From positions 1 through 38,299 of IMG/VR virus record IMGVR_UViG_3300044711_000140: DNA of 38,299 nucleotides. One strand, 5' to 3'. This DNA comes from a virus. Its lineage: Duplodnaviria; Caudoviricetes. The notes under the pieces were generated by a model. That model was given only the letters and a program-made list of their open reading frames with translations, searched no databases and was not told where the DNA came from. The stretch's first letter is position 1. Every line of letters starts with the position of its first letter. Shown here in pieces: positions 1-8,413 of the stretch. Both the position numbers and the translations under genes were made by a program.

Positions 1-132
1 GACACCAGCCCACCAAGACCTACCCAGACCGGTCGGCGTCGAGCCCTCCCCCAGCAGCTCCGCCGACCCAGGCGCCGGGCCCCGCACACCCCCAACGCGG
101 CCCGGCGCCACCCCGACCAGAAAGCAGGAGAG

Positions 133-456
133 ATGAGCAGCACCGCACCGCCAATCCCGCCGGAGACCGCGCGGCACGTCCTGTGGCACTACGGCCAGCA
201 GGGCGGAGTCGAACCCGGATCCTTCACCCGCAACCTCATCACCACCATCGACAGCGCCGACATGGATAACGTCGCGCGCCTCGCAGGCGCCTACCCGTCC
301 CTCGTCGCCGCCGTCATCGCGGCCAAGCTCGACCCCGACGGCATCGCCAGCCTCCAGCGCATCGCCGGAGCCATCCGGTGCGCCCGCTGCGGCGACACCG
401 ACGGGCCGTGGGCCGACGACCTGTGCGAGGACTGCAACCGGGTGGTCTCCCTGTGA
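133..456 (+). CDS. Hypothetical phage protein with C-terminal CxxC...CxxC zinc finger
   Basis: RBS GCAGGAG; CARC and CEDC motifs; stop overlaps the next GTG. Confidence 0.75.
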   Translation: MSSTAPPIPPETARHVLWHYGQQGGVEPGSFTRNLITTIDSADMDNVARLAGAYPSLVAAVIAAKLDPDGIASLQRIAGAIRCARCGDTDGPWADDLCEDCNRVVSL

Positions 457-1322
457 TCGCGACCGTCGAAGCACCCGAGAAGACCGTCGACCCGCTGTGG
501 CAGGGGTTCGGCCTGTACCCGGACTTGCCGGCCGACGACTACCACCGTGACGTGGTGCCCGGCGGCTCGCTGTCCTCAACCGGGGCCCGGAAGCTCCTCG
601 CACCCTCGTGTCCGGCGAAGTTCCGGTACGAGCAGGACCACGGCCAGCCGCCGAAGAAGACGTGGGACATCGGCACGGCCGCCCACAAGGCAGTGCTCGG
701 CGACGGCCCGGAACTGGTCGTCGTGGATGCCGTGCGATGGGACACCAACGCCATCAAGGCGGAGGTCGCCGCCATCCGTGCAGCTGGCGCCGTGCCGCTC
801 AAGCGCCCCGAGTACGAGCAGGTCCACGCCATGGCGGAGGCACTGCGCAGCCACCCCGAAGCCGGGCCGCTCCTCGCACCGGACAGCGGCATGCCCGAGC
901 AGTCCATCTTCTGGACCGACCCCGGCACCGGCATCAACTGCCGGGCACGAATCGACTGGCTCCGCTTCGACGGCGAAGCCGACGACTACAAGAGCGCCCG
1001 CAGCGCCGAACCCGAACAGCTCTCCAAGGACTTCTGGACCTACGGCTACCCGCAGCAAGAGGACTGGTACCGCACCGGCCTGCGCGTGCTCGGTCTCGCC
1101 GACGACGACACCCCGTTCCGCTGGGTGGTCCAGGAGAAGGAACCGCCCTACGTCGTCACGGTCGCCCAACTCGACCAGGAGGCCCGGCGTATCGCTCGGC
1201 TCCTCAACGAGACCTCCCGGCACCTCTACGCCCGCTGCATGGAGACCGGGCACTGGCCTGGCTACTCGGAGACCACCGAACTGATCTCCCTTCCCCCGTA
1301 CATCGAACGCCTCTTCAACTAG
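453..1322 (+). CDS. RecE/exonuclease VIII-like PD-(D/E)XK nuclease (DUF3799-like)
   Basis: LSSTG, GTAAH, EQSIFW, RARIDWL and DYKS motifs; GTG at 453 coupled to the upstream stop. Confidence 0.85.
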   Translation: MIATVEAPEKTVDPLWQGFGLYPDLPADDYHRDVVPGGSLSSTGARKLLAPSCPAKFRYEQDHGQPPKKTWDIGTAAHKAVLGDGPELVVVDAVRWDTNAIKAEVAAIRAAGAVPLKRPEYEQVHAMAEALRSHPEAGPLLAPDSGMPEQSIFWTDPGTGINCRARIDWLRFDGEADDYKSARSAEPEQLSKDFWTYGYPQQEDWYRTGLRVLGLADDDTPFRWVVQEKEPPYVVTVAQLDQEARRIARLLNETSRHLYARCMETGHWPGYSETTELISLPPYIERLFN

Positions 1323-1336
1323 GAGACCGCACCAGC

Positions 1337-2314
1337 ATGGCAACCAACCCGATTCAGCGAGCCGGCCAGCAGATGGCCCGGCCCGCCCGGCAGCCCCAAC
1401 AGCAGTCCGACGAGTACGACGACGGCCCGTTCACCTTCCGGCCCGCCACGAAGGACGGCTTCAACGCCACCGTCGCCATCCAGGGCCCCTCCGGTTCCGG
1501 GAAGACCTGGACCGGCCTGTCGATCGCCAGCGGTCTCGCCGAGGGTAAACGCTTCGCCGTCATCGACACCGAGCGCGGCGCCGCCGCCCTCTACGTCAAC
1601 GACCTCGACGTCACCTTCGACACCCTCCCCATGCACCGCTACGACCCGCGCGACCTACAGAAGGCGCTCGCCGCCGCAGCCCACGCCGGCTACCCAGTCG
1701 TCATGGTCGACTCCCTCAGCCACTTCTGGAAGGGCACAGACGGAACCCTCGACCAGGTCGAGAAGGCCAAGGCCAAGTACGGGGGCAACAAGTTCGCTGG
1801 CTGGAAGGACGGCACCCCGCTCCAGAACGAGATGATCGAATCGCTCGTGGCCTACCCGGGGCACGTCGTCGTGACGATGCGGTCCTACGTGCACTGGGTC
1901 TTGGAGAACGGGGCCCCGGTCAACAAGGGCATGCGCGCCGAGCAGCGCAAGGGCATCGAGTTCGAGTTCGGCGTGGCAGCCGAGATGGACGAGGCCAACA
2001 GGCTCCGCTTCATCAAGTCCCGGTGCCCCTCCTTTAGGGGGCTCCTCCTCAACCAGCCCGACGGGGCGCGTGACATCGCTAAGCCCTACCTGGACTGGCT
2101 GCGAGACGGCGGTAAGGAGATCGACACCTCGGTCTGGATCGATGCCGCCAGCGCCGACGAGGCCACCCCGGACAGCCTGCTCGCCCTCTACCGCAAGGTC
2201 GAGGCCGCCAGCGCCCTCGCCACCCCGCTGATGCACCCGCAGACCGGCAAGCCCACCAGCCTCGGCGACTACATCCGCGAGCGCGGCACCGCGCTGAAGA
2301 ACGCCCAGCAGTAA
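1337..2314 (+). CDS. AAA_24/Sak4-like P-loop ATPase (phage recombinase)
   Basis: RBS AGGAG; Walker A GPSGSGKT, VIDTE, VMVDSLSH; follows the RecE-like gene. Confidence 0.8.
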   Translation: MATNPIQRAGQQMARPARQPQQQSDEYDDGPFTFRPATKDGFNATVAIQGPSGSGKTWTGLSIASGLAEGKRFAVIDTERGAAALYVNDLDVTFDTLPMHRYDPRDLQKALAAAAHAGYPVVMVDSLSHFWKGTDGTLDQVEKAKAKYGGNKFAGWKDGTPLQNEMIESLVAYPGHVVVTMRSYVHWVLENGAPVNKGMRAEQRKGIEFEFGVAAEMDEANRLRFIKSRCPSFRGLLLNQPDGARDIAKPYLDWLRDGGKEIDTSVWIDAASADEATPDSLLALYRKVEAASALATPLMHPQTGKPTSLGDYIRERGTALKNAQQ

Positions 2315-2399
2315 CCCCCGGCACGCAACGGCCGCGCCCGGGGAAAGCGGGCGCGGCCACCCCGCCAGCAAACCACAGCATCGCCAGGAGGGGATCCCC

Positions 2400-3260
2400 A
2401 TGACCAAGACCCTGATCGCCACTCCCGACCCCGACGAGCCCAACGAGGTCGTGAAGCTCGACCTCACCGCCGGCTCCGTGCACACCGTCCTCGTCGACGG
2501 TCAGCCCCACATCGTCCTGAAGTCCGCCGTCGAAGACCTGGGCCTCGACTACTCGACCCAGCTCGCCAAGCTGAAGCGGCGCTCGTGGGCAGTTGTGGGG
2601 CAGAGCCCCATGACTGGCGCCGACGGCAAGACCTACGACATGGCCGTGGTCCCCGTGCGCACCTTCCTGATGCTGCTGGCCACGATCAACGAGAACCGCG
2701 TGAAGGCCGCGGCCCGCCCGACGCTCATCGCCTTCCAGAACGAGACTGCCGACGCGATCGAGGCGTACTGGATGCGGGGCGGAGCGATCAACCCGGCCGC
2801 CTCGGACGACCAGCTCGACGCGCTGCAGCAGCTCATCGAGGAGCGCCGTATCCGCCGGGCGCTCGGGCTGGTGCAGATCGTCGCGGCGATGGACGACTCG
2901 GTCGACGCGAAGTGGAAACGGTCCCGGCAGATGCACCACTACGCGGTCGCGGCCGGCGAGGAGCCCGATGTCGCCCCCGAGGACCGGGCGCTGACCGTCG
3001 AGACGTACCTGCTGGATCAAGGCCTGAGCCGGGACGAGCGGCGCTCCGTTCGCTCCAGCTTCGGCAAGCAGCTCGTCGTGGCCTACGCTATGACGCACGA
3101 CGGCGCCAAGCCGAAGGACTCGTTCGGGCTGGTCGATGGCCGCGAGCGCCGCGTGAAGTCGTACACCGAGGCGGACCGGCCGCTGTTCGACAAGGTGTGG
3201 TCGGCGCTGTATGCGGACCGGTACCCGGCTCAGCGTCCGCTCATGGACGGTGCCGCATGA
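2400..3260 (+). CDS. Phage antirepressor (P22_AR_N-like N-terminus)
   Basis: LGLDYSTQLAKLK, GADGKTYDM, FLMLLATINENRVK, FQNETADAIEAYW..GGAINP are typical of P22 Ant N-terminal domains. Confidence 0.8.
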   Translation: MTKTLIATPDPDEPNEVVKLDLTAGSVHTVLVDGQPHIVLKSAVEDLGLDYSTQLAKLKRRSWAVVGQSPMTGADGKTYDMAVVPVRTFLMLLATINENRVKAAARPTLIAFQNETADAIEAYWMRGGAINPAASDDQLDALQQLIEERRIRRALGLVQIVAAMDDSVDAKWKRSRQMHHYAVAAGEEPDVAPEDRALTVETYLLDQGLSRDERRSVRSSFGKQLVVAYAMTHDGAKPKDSFGLVDGRERRVKSYTEADRPLFDKVWSALYADRYPAQRPLMDGAA

Positions 3261-3595
3261 CCGCCATCAACCCGGCCGCCGGCCAGGCCGCCAAGGCCGT
3301 GGGCATGTCCGAGGCCGACGGCGCCACCGCCCAGGACTGGCGTGACGCCTGCGATGACGCCATAGCCACGATGGCCGCCCGCGGCGTCGAGTTCCAGGCT
3401 GCTGACCTCGTCGCCGAGGGCCTCGTCGGCGAGCCCGCGCACCCCAACCAGTGGGGGCCCCGCTTCTCCACCGCGGCCCGGCACGGCGTCATAGAGGCCG
3501 TCAACGCCGCCCCCTCGAAGCGGGCCACCGTTCACGCCTCCCTCTGCCGCACCTGGCGCGGCACGGCGGCAGCCATGCAGGGGAGGGCGGCGTGA
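3257..3595 (+). CDS. Hypothetical phage protein
   Basis: ATGA coupling, GC3-rich frame, HPNQWG motif. Confidence 0.7.
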   Translation: MTAINPAAGQAAKAVGMSEADGATAQDWRDACDDAIATMAARGVEFQAADLVAEGLVGEPAHPNQWGPRFSTAARHGVIEAVNAAPSKRATVHASLCRTWRGTAAAMQGRAA

Positions 3596-3813
3596 ACGTC
3601 GACGACTTCGACATCGCCCGCTTCAAGGCCATCTGCGCGCATCTCGGCATCGAGACCCACGTCGTCACCGACACCTTCGGCCGGCAGGACGTCCGAATCG
3701 ACCGGGACGGCCTCAACAAGCTCATCGCCGCCGGCCTGCTGCCTGAAGACCCCACGGACTTGCCCGGCTGGGCCGAGACGGTCAGACGGCACCAGGAAGG
3801 CGGCGCGGCGTGA
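3592..3813 (+). CDS. Hypothetical protein
   Basis: GTGA coupling on both sides, RBS GGGAGG. Confidence 0.7.
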   Translation: MNVDDFDIARFKAICAHLGIETHVVTDTFGRQDVRIDRDGLNKLIAAGLLPEDPTDLPGWAETVRRHQEGGAA

Positions 3814-4760
3814 TCACTCCCACCGTCTACGCCGAGACGTGCACGTGCACACCCGTGACCCGCTACGCCTGCGGCCACTGCTGGCACGACCAGTGCCTGG
3901 ACTGCGGGCACTGCACGGTCGGCGGCTGCGTGTGCCACTGCGAGTACGGTCTCGGGTTCCACCCCGGCGAGAACCCGGCCGAGGGCCCGGTGTTCTGGCT
4001 GGGCGCGCACCACCCCCGCTGGCTGGCCACGGTCGGCCTGCCGCTGATGGTGTCTCGCCGGTCGCTGGCCGGCCGCCGCAGCCTGCCGCGCGCCGCCGAA
4101 CAGTGGGTGCTCGACTCAGGCGGGTTCACGGAGCTGTCCCTGAACGGCGGCTGGACCGTGGCGTCCTACACCTACGCGCGGGACGTCGCCCGCTACCGGG
4201 ACGAGGTCGGCCGCCTGGTGTGGGCGGCGCCGCAGGACTGGATGTGCGAACCCCAGATCCTCGGCAAGACCGGCCTGACCGTCCGCGAGCACCAGGCACG
4301 CACCGTCGGCAACTACCTCGACCTCAAGACCATCGACCCCACGCTGCCGGTCATCCCCGTCCTGCAGGGGTGGACGCTCGCCGACTACGAGCGCTGCCTG
4401 ACCCTGTACGACCGAGCCGGCATCAACCTCCGCGCCGAACCCCTCGTCGGCGTCGGATCGATCTGCCGCCGCCAGTCCACCGGCGAAGCCGCCGCCATCC
4501 TCGCCACCCTCGCCGGCCACGGCCTGAGCCTGCACGGTTTCGGCTTGAAGCTGGGCGGGCTCGCGGCAGCCGCCGACCACCTGGCGTCCGCCGACTCCCT
4601 CGCCTGGTCCATGGACGCCCGACGATCCGACCCCCTCCCCGGACATGACCACGTCTCCTGCGCCAACTGCATCCACTGGGCACTGCGCTGGAGGGAGCGG
4701 GTCCTCGAGGTGCTCCGCGCGCCCCGGCAGATGGCGTTCCCGATGGGAGCCGCCGCATGA
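3810..4760 (+). CDS. Queuine tRNA-ribosyltransferase (TGT)-fold protein, DpdA-like putative DNA base-exchange enzyme, with Cys-rich N-terminus
   Basis: VLDSGGF, PQDWMCEP, IPVLQG, GVGS, LHGFG and SADS motifs match the TGT/DpdA barrel, including both catalytic Asp positions. Confidence 0.75.
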   Translation: MITPTVYAETCTCTPVTRYACGHCWHDQCLDCGHCTVGGCVCHCEYGLGFHPGENPAEGPVFWLGAHHPRWLATVGLPLMVSRRSLAGRRSLPRAAEQWVLDSGGFTELSLNGGWTVASYTYARDVARYRDEVGRLVWAAPQDWMCEPQILGKTGLTVREHQARTVGNYLDLKTIDPTLPVIPVLQGWTLADYERCLTLYDRAGINLRAEPLVGVGSICRRQSTGEAAAILATLAGHGLSLHGFGLKLGGLAAAADHLASADSLAWSMDARRSDPLPGHDHVSCANCIHWALRWRERVLEVLRAPRQMAFPMGAAA

Positions 4761-4873
4761 CCCCCGAGCAGCACCTCGCCCTGATCTCCGCGGCCCTGTG
4801 CGGCCTCGGCCTCCTCCTCATCCTCGGCGCCGTCTACGCCGCCCACCGCGAACACCACCACGACCAGCCCTGA
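4757..4873 (+). CDS. Small single-TM protein (38 aa, MTPEQHLALISAALCGLGLLLILGAVYAAH...)
   Basis: Translated by hand; ATGA coupling, hydrophobic stretch, GC3-rich; absent from the ORF track. Confidence 0.6.
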   Translation: MTPEQHLALISAALCGLGLLLILGAVYAAHREHHHDQP

Positions 4874-4913
4874 ACCAACCGCCAACCCGACTCCGGAAGG
4901 AGGACAACCGTCC

Positions 4914-5768
4914 ATGACCACCGCTGTCCGTTCAGTGCCCGGACACGGCTCGCTCGGCCGAGCCAAGTACCACAAATGCCCCTGCCAGGCCTGCCGGGAC
5001 GCCTACAACGCCTACCAGCGCCACGTGCGCCGCCAGAAGGCCTACGGCCGCTGGCAGCCCTACACCGACGCCGAACCCGTCCGCCAGCACCTGCGCGCCC
5101 TCATGGCCGCGGGAATCAGCATCGCCCGCATCGCCGCGATGATCGGCAAAGACACCGGCTACATCTCACGCACCCTCTACCCCCGCGGCGGCCAGCCGCC
5201 CAAACGGCGCATCAGCACCGCCACCGCGAACCTGATCCTCGCCATCGACCCCAACACCAAGGCCACGCCGCAGCGGGTCGACGCCACCGGTACACGCCGA
5301 CGCATCCAAGCCCTCATCGTCATGGGCTGGCCCCAGCAGCGCCTCGCCGTCCTCCTCGGACGAACCGGGGGCGGCACCCTCAACGAACTCACCAAAGCCG
5401 AACACGTCTACGCGACCACAGCCGACGCCGTTCGCCGCCTCTACGCCGCCCTGCACGCCGCGGACCCAGAAACCCACGGCGTACCCCGCATCTCAGCGGA
5501 ACGCACCCGGGCCTACAGCCGCCGCAAAGGCTGGTACAGCCCGCTCGCCTGGGACGCCGACACCATCGACGACCCCAACGCCCAGCCCGACACCGAAGGC
5601 ATCGGCGAGGACACCCCGGGACGCCGCGACAACGACCGGCCCGCCGAAATCCGGCACCTCGCCGGCTTCGGCCTGTCCGCCGAAACCATCGCCAAGCAAG
5701 TCGGACTGCCCGTCAAAGACGTCAAGACGCGCCTCGGCAAGCTCCGCACGCAGGAGGCCGCCGCGTGA
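4914..5768 (+). CDS. Multi-HTH DNA-binding phage protein with N-terminal H..CxCxxC motif
   Basis: RBS AGGAGG; HG..YHKCPCQAC; three HTH-like segments (GISIARIA, GWPQQRLA, GLSAETIA). Confidence 0.75.
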   Translation: MTTAVRSVPGHGSLGRAKYHKCPCQACRDAYNAYQRHVRRQKAYGRWQPYTDAEPVRQHLRALMAAGISIARIAAMIGKDTGYISRTLYPRGGQPPKRRISTATANLILAIDPNTKATPQRVDATGTRRRIQALIVMGWPQQRLAVLLGRTGGGTLNELTKAEHVYATTADAVRRLYAALHAADPETHGVPRISAERTRAYSRRKGWYSPLAWDADTIDDPNAQPDTEGIGEDTPGRRDNDRPAEIRHLAGFGLSAETIAKQVGLPVKDVKTRLGKLRTQEAAA

Positions 5769-6050
5769 CCAGCCAGGCCGCGGCCGAAGCGTGCCGCCAG
5801 CTCCGGGAACTCACCGCGGAGGGCTACCCGCCGTCGTGGCTCGCCCAGCAGACCCTCGTCTCACCAGGCGCCCTGTACGCCATCCGCGCAGGCCAACGCG
5901 CCTACGTGTGGCACGACACCGCCCGAAGTCATCAACGCCGCCCACCAGACCCTCCACGGCACCGACCCCGCCGCCCGCGCCATCGGCACCGCACTCCTCA
6001 CCGCCGGCCGCCGCGGCTGGACCACCACCAGGAAGGACAACGACCAGTGA
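5765..6050 (+). pseudogene. HTH protein, frameshifted near 5922-5924
   Basis: Removing one C joins ...HDTA to EVINAAHQTLHGTDP...RRGW, ending at TGA 6048-6050 coupled to the next GTG; the product resembles the middle of 4914..5768. Confidence 0.6.
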
Positions 6051-6280
6051 CCACCACCGTTCCGGACCTGCGCGCAGGCGCCACCGAGGCCCTCCGCGTC
6101 ATCGAAACCGGGCCCGACGCCGTCAACTGCACCCGCTGCCACGCCGGGCCCGGCCAGCCCTGCCACGGCGTCGACACCGGCCGGCACCACCGCGAACGGC
6201 TCTGGCAAACCCGCAACACCGCCATCACCACCCTCCGCCACGCCCTCGGACTGCCGCCCCACGGCGCGACCACCGCCTAA
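6047..6280 (+). CDS. Small zinc-finger protein (CxxC..C..H)
   Basis: CTRCHAGPGQPC...HHRER; GTGA coupling. Confidence 0.65.
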   Translation: MTTTVPDLRAGATEALRVIETGPDAVNCTRCHAGPGQPCHGVDTGRHHRERLWQTRNTAITTLRHALGLPPHGATTA

Positions 6281-6348
6281 CCCCCGCGGCCCGCAGCCAG
6301 GCGAAGTGGCTGCGGGCCGGGACCACCATCCCACGACAGGAGAACAAC

Positions 6349-6564
6349 ATGACCAAGCTCCCCGACGAGATCGCCTGGACCCTCATCAACACCGAGGACT
6401 GGGGCGGCGGCCTCGAACGGACCTACCGCGCCGAAAACGTCGAACACGCCAACTGCGGCGGCGACGTCCTCCTCACCCACCTCCACGACGAGATGGACGC
6501 CATCACCGGCACCCACTCCCGCTGCGGCAAATGCGGCGAAGACCTGACCGCCGACAGGAGGTGA
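6349..6564 (+). CDS. Hypothetical zinc-ribbon protein
   Basis: RBS AGGAG; HANCGG...RCGKCG. Confidence 0.7.
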   Translation: MTKLPDEIAWTLINTEDWGGGLERTYRAENVEHANCGGDVLLTHLHDEMDAITGTHSRCGKCGEDLTADRR

Positions 6565-6606
6565 CCCCATGACCAGCGTCTGGTGGCCCTGACCCGCACA
6601 CGACAC

Positions 6607-6631
6607 GGCCCCGCGGCAAGACCGCGGGGCC
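6607..6631. terminator. Stem-loop between convergent genes
   Basis: ggccccgcgg-caaga-ccgcggggcc, perfect 10-bp stem. Confidence 0.6.
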
Positions 6632-6656
6632 CGGAAGGAGAGAGGAGGAAGAGATG

Positions 6657-6941
6657 TCAGGACGTATCGAGAGCGCGGCGCCTCGCGATGTCGAGGGACT
6701 CGCGGAGGATACGCGCCGTCATCTTCGCGTCGGGCTTGTCGCCGACCTCCAGCTCCTCCACGTACTGCCGCAGCTCGCGGAACGTTGCGTAGTCCTCATA
6801 GCTGACGACCGCGGCGGCCTCCTTGCCGCGGTTGATCAGGACCGTGCTCTCGCCCCCGAAGCGGGCACGGGCGATCACCTCGCCAAGCACGTTCCGAGCC
6901 TCCGCGATCTTGGCGCGGTGCTCGATCGGGACATCGCTCAT
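6657..6941 (-). CDS. Phd/YefM-family antitoxin
   Basis: IAEARNVLGEVIARARFGGESTVLINRGKEAAAVVSYEDY is a typical Phd N-terminal domain; start approximate. Confidence 0.8.
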   Translation of the reverse strand: MSDVPIEHRAKIAEARNVLGEVIARARFGGESTVLINRGKEAAAVVSYEDYATFRELRQYVEELEVGDKPDAKMTARILRESLDIARRRALDTS

Positions 6942-7012
6942 AGGCACAGCGTAGCTGATGGACGCAACAGTCATCGTGATCACCTTAGCTCTCTCGGCTT
7001 TCTCGCCTTTCT

Positions 7013-7027
7013 TAGCTATGATAGCTA
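7013..7027. promoter_or_regulatory. Palindromic operator candidate upstream of the Phd gene
   Basis: TAGCTA-TGA-TAGCTA in an AT-richer divergent intergenic region; further TAGCT copies near 6952 and 6986. Confidence 0.45.
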
Positions 7028-7114
7028 CAGCGGGGAGGGGTTGACCACACCCCCTTAGACGCCCTGGTTCCACGCGCCCAAACCCCTCCTCAAGTACTCA
7101 CCGAAAGAAGACCA

Positions 7115-8413
7115 ATGGCCGTCTCCAAGCGCCTCCGCTACGAAGTCCTCAGGCGGGACAACCACGCCTGCAGGTACTGCGGCGCCAGCGCGCCTGACGT
7201 GAAGCTCAATGTCGACCACGTCATCCCCAAGGCGCTCGGCGGCGTCGACACCCCCAGCAACCTCGTCACCGCCTGCACCGACTGCAACGCCGGCAAGACC
7301 AGCAGCAACCCGGACGCAACGCTGGTGGCCGAGGTCAGCGACGACACCCTCCGTTGGGGCGCCGCCATGACCCAGGCCGCGGAGAACCTGCGCCAGCAGC
7401 AGAAGCCGAAGGAGGAGTACCGGAACGCCTTCCTTGTCGAGTGGAATCGCTGGCACCTCGGCAAGGACGACACCAACAAGGTGCCGCTCCCCGTCGACTG
7501 GAAGCAGGCCATCGAACGCTTCCGCGTCGCCGGCGTCCCCGAGTGGATGTGGGCGGACATCGTCGATGTCTCCATGGCCAACCAGAAGGTCACCCCCGAC
7601 AACACCTTCCGGTACTGCTGCGGAGTCGCATGGAACAAGGTCACCGCCATACAGACCGAGGCCCGACGAATCGTCGGAGCCCAGCCGACCGGTGCGCCGG
7701 CAGTGCCCCACCTTCCGGCTCTTGTCGTGGCGGCTATCGAGATCTGGCGGCGGGAGACCGGCGGCGAGGGAACCACAGAGCGGGAAGAGCAGTTGACCTC
7801 CAGCGCCATTGAAGCGGTGAACCAGGACGCGGAAGAGGAAGACATTCTTCGAGGCGCCAGGTACGCGGCTTGGTTCGACGCTGCCACGATCAGCGACGGC
7901 TTGAGGTACGCCCGCCACGATGACCGTGCAGCCGAGGTCATGCGCTGGGAATACGCCTGGTGTCAGTCGTGCGGGAGCTATCCCTCCGATGGGGAGAGGG
8001 CAGTCTTCGAGCGCTTCTGCGACGCCTTGCAGAGCGCTGGCGTGAGCGATCGGCTCCTGGCAACCGCAGGAGTCGTAGCTGGCTACTCCCTCTCCTGTGT
8101 GCCTCACTTCGGCATCCCCAACGAGTTCCTGACCGCTGCGGGCATCAACGGCAACAAGCAGGCCGCCGAAGACCTCTGGGCTCGGGCGTTCGCCGGGAGC
8201 GCCGCACGCTGGCCCACCGCCAACGAACGGCGCAAGTTCCAGGCGCAACTCGATCGCCTGAGCGACGACGGCGGGTTCCTCGTCTTCGACGCGAACGCTT
8301 CCGCCATCGCTGCCGGGGCGGCGCAGGAGGCAGATCTCTACTGGAACGTTCCTCGCCAGCTCTCCGCCATCTTCGCGGCCGGCAAGCCGCTAGTGATCGG
8401 CGGTGATAACTGA
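7115..8413 (+). CDS. HNH endonuclease domain fused to a long unknown C-terminal region
   Basis: RYEVLRRDNHACRYCG...VDHVIPKALGG...NLVTACTDCNAGK. Confidence 0.85.
   Translation: MAVSKRLRYEVLRRDNHACRYCGASAPDVKLNVDHVIPKALGGVDTPSNLVTACTDCNAGKTSSNPDATLVAEVSDDTLRWGAAMTQAAENLRQQQKPKEEYRNAFLVEWNRWHLGKDDTNKVPLPVDWKQAIERFRVAGVPEWMWADIVDVSMANQKVTPDNTFRYCCGVAWNKVTAIQTEARRIVGAQPTGAPAVPHLPALVVAAIEIWRRETGGEGTTEREEQLTSSAIEAVNQDAEEEDILRGARYAAWFDAATISDGLRYARHDDRAAEVMRWEYAWCQSCGSYPSDGERAVFERFCDALQSAGVSDRLLATAGVVAGYSLSCVPHFGIPNEFLTAAGINGNKQAAEDLWARAFAGSAARWPTANERRKFQAQLDRLSDDGGFLVFDANASAIAAGAAQEADLYWNVPRQLSAIFAAGKPLVIGGDN

Noticed and set aside
453-1322. Cas4/CRISPR association
   Set aside because: No Fe-S cysteine set or array; context is a RecE-Sak4 recombination module
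608-1336. N-terminal extension of the 568-aa ORF
   Set aside because: Overlaps the RecE-like gene and is R/P-rich junk; the RBS supports a start at 1337
4976-6280. 434-aa ORF as one gene
   Set aside because: Composite of an off-frame shadow, a frameshifted gene and a separate zinc-finger gene
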